From positions 1 to 64,000 of the forward strand of contig JANRKS010000021.1 of the NCBI GenBank assembly GCA_033763315.1: DNA of 64,000 bases, written 5' to 3'. Origin of the DNA: Deltaproteobacteria bacterium. GTDB taxonomy: Bacteria; Myxococcota_A; Polyangia; Fen-1088. Shown piece after piece: positions 57,971-64,000 of the stretch. The number at the start of each line of letters is the position of its first letter. Position 1 is the stretch's first letter. Under the pieces are notes generated by a model. That model was given only the letters and a program-made list of their open reading frames with translations, made no database searches and had not been told where the DNA came from. The translations under genes were made by a program, and so were the position numbers.

Positions 57971-59158
57971 ATGGGGCCGGTCGCTCTGATGTGGGTCGCG
58001 GCATTCGGGTGCCACGCGTCTTCGTCTCGGATGGATGCCTCTGCCAACGAAGATGACAACGGAGGCTCTGGGGGCGGCGGACATACGAGCGACGCCGCCG
58101 TGATGAGGGGCGGCTCAGGTGCCGGTGGGCCGGCCACTCCGCCTTCGGTGCGCGATGGTTCTGTGATCGACGCCACCCGTGCCGGTGATTCAACAACAGC
58201 GGAGGCGCCGCGCTTGCTTCCGCCTGCCGGCAAGATCGTCTTGTTCATCGGCCAAGACGTCGATGCGATCAAGGGATACGCGTCGTCCGTTGCGTCCACC
58301 TTTGACGGCTTCACAACCTACACTTCAATTAGCGAGAACGCGCAAGGCTTTGTGCAGTTGGAGGGGCTAAGCCAACTGGCCAACCAAGGCGGCGGCAATG
58401 TCTTTGCGCAGGCTTTGGCCAACACCTTTCCCAGCGCTGCGGTGGCCTTGGGTCTTTACATGGTGGACCACACGGGCACAAACTTGGAGCACGTTGCCGG
58501 TGGCACGCATGATGCGGCGATTGATCGCTTGGGGGATTTTCTCCTGTCACTGCAGCGGCCCGTGTTCGTGCGCGTTGGATATGAGTTCGACGGGACGTGG
58601 AACCATTACGAACCCGAGCCTTACAAACGCGCGTTTCGTCACATCAGCTTGCGCCTGCGTTCGAAGAACACGAAGTTGGCATTTGTTTGGCAGTCGGCCA
58701 CGTACGGCGATGGCCGGTATCGGAATTTGCCGCTGTCCGCTTGGTACCCCGGAGACGACGTGGTGGATTGGTTCGGCTCCTCGTACTTCAAATTCACGAG
58801 CAAGCCCCACCAGGAGATGTTGGCGATGGCGCGCGAGCATCGCAAACCCTTGATGATCGCCGAGGCGACGCCCCAAGGTTACGACCTTACGAAGCTGCGC
58901 TCCAGCAGCACCGGCTCAAGATTCGACCCCAAAACCGGCATGCAGATTTGGCAGGAGTGGTTTGTTCCGTTCTTCAATTTCGTTTACGCAAACGAAGATG
59001 TGATTCGCGCCGTTGCATATATCAACACGCATTGGGACGCGCAGCCGCTGTGGTCGCCAACGGCCGGCAACGGTTATTGGGGCGACTCACGTGTGCAGGC
59101 GAATCAAACAATCCTCACGGCGTGGAAGCAGGAGTTGCTGAAGCCGACCTGGCGATGA
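57971..59158 (+). CDS. GH26 family glycoside hydrolase lipoprotein (beta-1,3-xylanase/mannanase-like)
   Basis: Lipobox AFGC; FIGQD, acid/base RVGYEFD, WYPGDDVVDW, nucleophile KPLMIAE, WGDSRV. Confidence 0.85.
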   Translation: MGPVALMWVAAFGCHASSSRMDASANEDDNGGSGGGGHTSDAAVMRGGSGAGGPATPPSVRDGSVIDATRAGDSTTAEAPRLLPPAGKIVLFIGQDVDAIKGYASSVASTFDGFTTYTSISENAQGFVQLEGLSQLANQGGGNVFAQALANTFPSAAVALGLYMVDHTGTNLEHVAGGTHDAAIDRLGDFLLSLQRPVFVRVGYEFDGTWNHYEPEPYKRAFRHISLRLRSKNTKLAFVWQSATYGDGRYRNLPLSAWYPGDDVVDWFGSSYFKFTSKPHQEMLAMAREHRKPLMIAEATPQGYDLTKLRSSSTGSRFDPKTGMQIWQEWFVPFFNFVYANEDVIRAVAYINTHWDAQPLWSPTAGNGYWGDSRVQANQTILTAWKQELLKPTWR

Positions 59159-59181
59159 TCTATGCCGCCGCGGCATAGGGC

Positions 59182-60189
59182 TCAGGGCTCAACACCGCGG
59201 GCAACGATGTTGAGCTGCTGAACCTTCAGCACCTTCTTGTCGCAAGGCAACGCCGCCCGCCACACCATCGTCATGCAACGCGCATCGGGAAGGAAGGTGA
59301 TGGTTTCCAAAAGCACGGGCGGGAACTCGTGCGCATCGGCCACCAGTGCGTCCACTTCGATCTGCAAGTGTGGCAACGCAAACTCAAGCGGCCCCCGCGG
59401 TGACACGCCGATGAGCTGCACGGGTTCGCCGCCTTGCAAGTGACGATTGAATGTGAACTCGGGCACCGCCACGCCAAAGAAACGTGGATCAAAATCGAGC
59501 GGCAAATACGGCGCGCGCTTGCGCTGCCAAGCCGAATCGTAGGTTCCTGAAAAAGCTCGGCGGGGCAACCACGCGGGCGCCACAGGAGCAAAGCCCGCAG
59601 GTGGCGGCGTGTCGCCCAAATGCCGAATGAGCGCGGCTGGATCTTCAATGTTGGGCACCGGTTGATTGATGAACTCGTCGGGCGACCGGCGCCCCAAGAA
59701 GCCAACGCCCACGGGGTTGCGTTCTTCAGCCAGCATCGCGCCCTGCGCTGACACTTTGTGAAAGCCGCCATAAGCGCGTTCCCACACCAAGGGCATCGCT
59801 TCGAAGGGCTCCGGGGCCGACATACCGCCGCCACGCCGCCATACACGGTTGCCGAACACCGCCACGGTTTTTTGCCGTTCGGCCACCACCACACGCACCG
59901 CGGACTGCGGTGCCGCGCGTCCGTGCGGCGCATAGGCGTGACCCACCAGCACGACGTCGGTGTGCGGCTTGTTGAGATGAACCTCCGCGGCCTGCTTCAA
60001 GCTGCTTTGCCCAGGCTCACCCACGTACTCGTCCGCCGCCGCCGGTGGCAGCTGCTCTGGAGCCAAAGTCAAACGGTCACCTAAGGCGAAGGTGGCCTTG
60101 ATCGTGACATAGACTGTATCAATGCCCTGCGGATCAGGGAACACCGCCAGCGCGGCCTTAAGCGGGCTTTCGTTCTTAAGCTGCAGCAT
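59182..60189 (-). CDS. DUF2169 family T6SS/PAAR adaptor
   Basis: KATF, KPHTDVVLVGHA, VFGNRVW, LVWERAYGG, RNPVGVG, GTYD..W...R.P.LP.DFD. Confidence 0.93.
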   Translation of the reverse strand: MLQLKNESPLKAALAVFPDPQGIDTVYVTIKATFALGDRLTLAPEQLPPAAADEYVGEPGQSSLKQAAEVHLNKPHTDVVLVGHAYAPHGRAAPQSAVRVVVAERQKTVAVFGNRVWRRGGGMSAPEPFEAMPLVWERAYGGFHKVSAQGAMLAEERNPVGVGFLGRRSPDEFINQPVPNIEDPAALIRHLGDTPPPAGFAPVAPAWLPRRAFSGTYDSAWQRKRAPYLPLDFDPRFFGVAVPEFTFNRHLQGGEPVQLIGVSPRGPLEFALPHLQIEVDALVADAHEFPPVLLETITFLPDARCMTMVWRAALPCDKKVLKVQQLNIVARGVEP

Positions 60190-60195
60190 CGAAAC

Positions 60196-61509
60196 TTAGG
60201 CTCGCAACGGTTGATGCAAAATGAAGCCTGCAGCGTCGTTGACCAAATGCTGCTGGATCTGGGCGAGCTGCCGCTTCTGCGCCTGGAAAAAAGCCCGCGT
60301 TTGCAAATCGCAAGCGCCTGCCGTGCGCACCGCCAATTCAAAAGCCAACACATGCCGCCGTCGCATGGGCCCTGTGGCGAGCGCTTGCCATAAGGCCGCC
60401 GACGAAAGGGCTTGCCCACCAATGTAACGTTCGTTGGCGTCAAAGCGGCCTTCGTTGTTCGACCACCATCGATTCACGCCTTCGACATCAGGCAGGGGCA
60501 GCAAGTCATCAAGCTTCGGAACCAAATCAGCGTTCATGTCATCGAGCTCGAAGGAAAGCGGATCGTTCAACGCCGCGGGTTCGGGCAGCGCCAAATTCTG
60601 TGCGGCAAGCTCAAGCCCCGTGATGGCGCAAAAGCCTTCCGCAGCCAAGCGCGCGTGGGGGGGTGAATGCATCGCTTGCAAACACGCTTGTGCCGCTTCC
60701 TTTGTTCCTAAGAACCCCATCGCCTGCAGAGCCACATTGAAAGTGCGCTCTTGACCAAGCGCAGCCAGCAGCAAGCGCCGCTCACGTTCACCGGCCAACG
60801 ACGCCATCCAAAACAAACTGACCGCGGAAGATTGAGCCACACCCAACTCTAAACAGCGGGCCCACGCCGAGCGCAGCCCGTGAACCAAACCTGACTCAAC
60901 CGCAGCGGAGCAAACCTGGGCGTCGATATCAAATAGACCGCGTTCGATCCAACCACGCGCCACCGACACAGGTTGCAAACGCGCGGCCGCCATGGCCAAG
61001 CGGCGGTGCTCTGCGTGTGGTGAGTTGGCCAACATCGCAACATGCTCTTGCGACGATTGTTGCTTGGCAAACGTGCGCATGCCGACGAGCCAAGGCACAC
61101 CCGGCTCGCCCAAGGTTGCCAAGCGCGCTTGCACCGCTGCGTTCGGCAGCTGCGTTTGCAGCGCTCGCGCAAGCAAAGGCGTGGTTTGCGCGTTGGCCGC
61201 CATTAAGTGAGGCACAAAAGCGTCCCAGCCCCGTGGGTCTGCGGCCAACACATGCGCCGCCACCATGAATGAACCGCTTTGGTGCGGGCGTAGAAGTGCG
61301 GGCAGCAACAGCTCCTCCGCCGCGCGCGGACCACCCAAACGCACGCCGTCGAGCGCACCGTGCAAACGATCTTCGGTCCAAAACCACACCTGCCGGTAAT
61401 TGCGGGCGTGCGTGTCTAGGCTGCTTTCCCACGTGCGCCACAAGAACTCAGCTTCATCAAAGCTTTCGTCCACCACATCCCACAACACGTTTTGTTGATG
61501 CCTTGCCAT
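60196..61509 (-). CDS. TIGR02270 family HEAT-repeat-like protein
   Basis: WDVVDESFDEAEFLW, EDRL...LDG, AEGFCAITGL, LPLPD...V..WW, RYIGG, GPMRRR. Confidence 0.88.
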   Translation of the reverse strand: MARHQQNVLWDVVDESFDEAEFLWRTWESSLDTHARNYRQVWFWTEDRLHGALDGVRLGGPRAAEELLLPALLRPHQSGSFMVAAHVLAADPRGWDAFVPHLMAANAQTTPLLARALQTQLPNAAVQARLATLGEPGVPWLVGMRTFAKQQSSQEHVAMLANSPHAEHRRLAMAAARLQPVSVARGWIERGLFDIDAQVCSAAVESGLVHGLRSAWARCLELGVAQSSAVSLFWMASLAGERERRLLLAALGQERTFNVALQAMGFLGTKEAAQACLQAMHSPPHARLAAEGFCAITGLELAAQNLALPEPAALNDPLSFELDDMNADLVPKLDDLLPLPDVEGVNRWWSNNEGRFDANERYIGGQALSSAALWQALATGPMRRRHVLAFELAVRTAGACDLQTRAFFQAQKRQLAQIQQHLVNDAAGFILHQPLRA

Positions 61510-61517
61510 GGCCGCTC

Positions 61518-61997
61518 TCAATTGATACGCACTTGGCCGCCTTTGATGCGGTTCGTGCCTTCAGAATTGGATTCGATCTGCGTGCCCTTGATGATCACAC
61601 GGCCATTGGCGCGCAAGGTGATTGAAGCCTTGCCACACGCGATCACCACTTCATGTTCGGCCTGCACGCGCACACGCTGGCCATCAACATCGGCTTCCAC
61701 AAACGGTGAAGCTGTTGAAGCCACTTGCGGCGAGGTGGGGGCCGTCAAGGCCACGCCCACGACGGCGACCAGCTGTGTGCCGGCTTCGTCGGTATAAGCC
61801 ACCACGGGAGCTTTGACGTTCATCACGTGCTCCAATTGTTCGCGTGAGGCTGTGAACCCAAGCGTCGCAGCCACCGGGCGACCACCGCCGTCGTCGAAAT
61901 CGACCCACGCGGTGCCGCGCTCGTCAACGGCCACCAAACGCCCCACCCTCGCCTGCCGTTCCGCTTGTTCACCTGCACGATTGGTTTTCGGTCGCAT
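61518..61997 (-). CDS. DUF6484 family protein (VgrG C-terminal-like beta region)
   Basis: VGRLV...WVDF; DGQRVRVQAEHEVVIACGKASITLRANG...NRIKGGQVRIN. Confidence 0.85.
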   Translation of the reverse strand: MRPKTNRAGEQAERQARVGRLVAVDERGTAWVDFDDGGGRPVAATLGFTASREQLEHVMNVKAPVVAYTDEAGTQLVAVVGVALTAPTSPQVASTASPFVEADVDGQRVRVQAEHEVVIACGKASITLRANGRVIIKGTQIESNSEGTNRIKGGQVRIN

Positions 61998-62048
61998 GCG
62001 GGCAGTGTCACCTAGCCGGCGCGCAGAGTCTAGAGGCCGTTGCGGAAG

Positions 62049-63278
62049 CTAGGCCTTTGATGCGCCGGGGGCGGGGTGCGGGGGCTCCATTTTCGGCAGA
62101 AACACCGTTAAAAGTCCCATCGCCGGCAAGAACGCACAAACCTTGTAGACAGTTTCAATGCTGGTGGCGTCCGCCAAGCGCCCAAGCAAGGCCGCGCCGA
62201 TGCCGCCCGCACCGAAGGCAAAACCGAAAAAGAAGCCGGAAACAGTGCCCACGCGCCCTGGCACCAACTCCTGCGCAAACACAACGATGGCGGAGAACGC
62301 CGAGGCCAAGATCAGACCTATCAACACGGTGAGCACCTCGGTCCAGCCAAGGCTCGCGTAGGGCAGCGCCAACGAGAACGGCAACACGCCCAAGATAGAA
62401 ACCCAAATCACCGCCTTGCGGCCGATGCGATCGCCCACGGGCCCGCCAATGAAGGTGCCCGCGGCCACGGCCCCCAACAAGATGAACAGGTGCACCTGCG
62501 CGTTCTGCACCGACACGCCAAAGCGTTGAATCAAGTAGAACGTGTAATAACTGGTGAGGCTGGCCAGATACACGTTCTTCGAGAACACCAGCAACACCAA
62601 CACAACCAACGCCAACTTCACACGCCCGGGCGTGACGTGGCTTGGACGCACCACCAATTTGGCCTTCGCGTGCTGGGTAAGGTGGGACTTATACCAAACA
62701 CCCACGCGGCTTAAGATCGCGATGCCCAACAGAGCCACCACGGCGAACCACGCAATGCTGCTTTGGCCGCGCGGCAACACAAAAAACGCTGCCAACAATG
62801 GCCCCGTGGCAGATCCCACGTTGCCACCCACTTGAAACAGCGATTGCGCAAAGCCATGCCGGCCGCCCGAAGCCAACCGCGCCACGCGCGAAGATTCCGG
62901 GTGAAACACCGACGACCCCATACCCACCAAAGCCACCGCCGCCAACACCACGCCATAGGAGGGCGCCACAGAAAGCAGCAGCAACCCAAGCAACGTGAAG
63001 CTCATGCCGATGGGCAACGAGAATGGCTTGGGGCGTGCGTCTGTAAAGCTGCCAACCACAGGTTGCAGCAACGACGCCGTCAGTTGGTTGGCCAGCGTGA
63101 TGATGCCGATTTGGGTAAAATCCAGACGGTATGTCGTTTTGAGCAACGGATAAACCGCCGGCAGCACCGATTGCATCAGATCGTTGAGGCAATGGCACAC
63201 GCTGATCGCGCCGAGAATGCCTAAGGCTGCGGTGGGCTTAGGTGGTGCAAAGACAGGCGGGGCGGCAACGGTGCTCAT
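62049..63278 (-). CDS. fsr: MFS transporter, Fsr (fosmidomycin resistance) family
   Basis: HCLNDLMQS, ASLLQP, FHPESSRVAR.ASGGRHG.AQSLFQVGGN, GGPVGDRIGRK. Confidence 0.9.
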   Translation of the reverse strand: MSTVAAPPVFAPPKPTAALGILGAISVCHCLNDLMQSVLPAVYPLLKTTYRLDFTQIGIITLANQLTASLLQPVVGSFTDARPKPFSLPIGMSFTLLGLLLLSVAPSYGVVLAAVALVGMGSSVFHPESSRVARLASGGRHGFAQSLFQVGGNVGSATGPLLAAFFVLPRGQSSIAWFAVVALLGIAILSRVGVWYKSHLTQHAKAKLVVRPSHVTPGRVKLALVVLVLLVFSKNVYLASLTSYYTFYLIQRFGVSVQNAQVHLFILLGAVAAGTFIGGPVGDRIGRKAVIWVSILGVLPFSLALPYASLGWTEVLTVLIGLILASAFSAIVVFAQELVPGRVGTVSGFFFGFAFGAGGIGAALLGRLADATSIETVYKVCAFLPAMGLLTVFLPKMEPPHPAPGASKA

Positions 63279-63314
63279 GGCGGCCCTGGGGTTTAGCCGA
63301 TGTCACCCCTGTTT

Positions 63315-64000
63315 TCACGGCCGATCGGAGGCAGAGACAACCGTTGCCACGGCCTTGGACGATTGGGCCTCCACCAACAGGCCCATGGCCAATTCGTCGG
63401 GCACCAGGACGACCCGTTCCACCCCCAACTCGGTGGCGATGAAGTTCACGAGCGCCGGAAATGCGAGCATTTTGTGACCAAAGGCTTTGCGGCGTTCAGG
63501 CGCGCGTAAGGCGGCAAACAGCGCTTGATCCTTTTGCAAACGCTTACGCCACGCTCGAATCGCGTTTAGGTCGTACGCGCCCATGATGCGGCCGAACAGT
63601 GGCTGCACGCGCGCGCTGGCCGCGGCAACCTGTTCAAGATACGCAGGCTCGTCTGCCACGCGCGGCGGTTTGCCTTTGCTCCACAATTTACCGTCGATGG
63701 CCAAGGCCACGTCGCCGTTTTCGCCCAGCGAAACCAAAGTGCGAGACAACCTACCCGCCGCGCGTTTGAGCTGCTTTTTCCAATCGGGCGGCAGCTCTGC
63801 TTTGAGCGCCGTCACAAACGCCTGCTCACCCGCGGCAAAGTTAGGCACGCTCTCGGCATCGAAGAAACGTTCGCCCACTTCATCGATGCCCAACGGAAGG
63901 CCCACGATGCTCGGCGCAGCCGCGCCCACGGGCCATACCGACACTTGGAAGCTGCGGCTGCCAAAATCCAGCACCACGCGGCCGCGCTGGCCCTTGGTGG
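63315..64000 (-). CDS. Partial protein with ASKHA-like (Ppx/GppA/apyrase-type) motif
   Basis: Frame open to the window end; VVLDFGSRSFQ resembles the DxGxxSxQ/E phosphate-2 loop; C-terminal LAMGLL. Confidence 0.5.
   Translation of the reverse strand, partial: TKGQRGRVVLDFGSRSFQVSVWPVGAAAPSIVGLPLGIDEVGERFFDAESVPNFAAGEQAFVTALKAELPPDWKKQLKRAAGRLSRTLVSLGENGDVALAIDGKLWSKGKPPRVADEPAYLEQVAAASARVQPLFGRIMGAYDLNAIRAWRKRLQKDQALFAALRAPERRKAFGHKMLAFPALVNFIATELGVERVVLVPDELAMGLLVEAQSSKAVATVVSASDRP

Noticed and set aside
1-64000. CRISPR array, cas genes, rRNA, reverse transcriptase or intact prophage
   Set aside because: No repeat-spacer periodicity or characteristic protein motifs seen by eye.

Overview
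GC-rich bacterial DNA whose gene content points to a myxobacterium (Polyangia-like): DUF1592/DUF1552 modules, a MYXO-CTERM-like protein, an FHA-sigma54 activator with a Ser/Thr kinase, and many Gly-rich lipoproteins. All family assignments come from motifs recognised by eye; no database search was run. The window opens in the left end of an IS481-family element. About 19 kb of exported, carbohydrate-active genes follows (GH94 cellobionate-phosphorylase-like, GH114, a beta-helix hydrolase, esterases, a lactonase), bracketed by two DUF1592+DUF1552 modules. Housekeeping genes come next (degP-like, yjbQ, purM, purN, PPi-type PEPCK, GH42). At about 30.8-35.9 kb lies a compositionally distinct, decayed integrative island on the 5' side of tRNA-Leu(UAA), with a frameshifted tyrosine integrase. 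Its cargo is the best candidate for an undescribed system: an intact three-gene operon (TumA-like, TumE-like HxH protein, PK_C/MTH1675-like protein) with an intrinsic terminator inside gene 1, plus a HEPN-like/HNH-like gene pair. The right half holds a PQQ-dehydrogenase-PKD-3xPA14 protein, nhaA, a signalling cluster, feoAB divergent from a DUF455 diiron + ATP-grasp pair across a Fur-like box, and a split DUF6484-TIGR02270-DUF2169...DUF4150 (PAAR-like) module.
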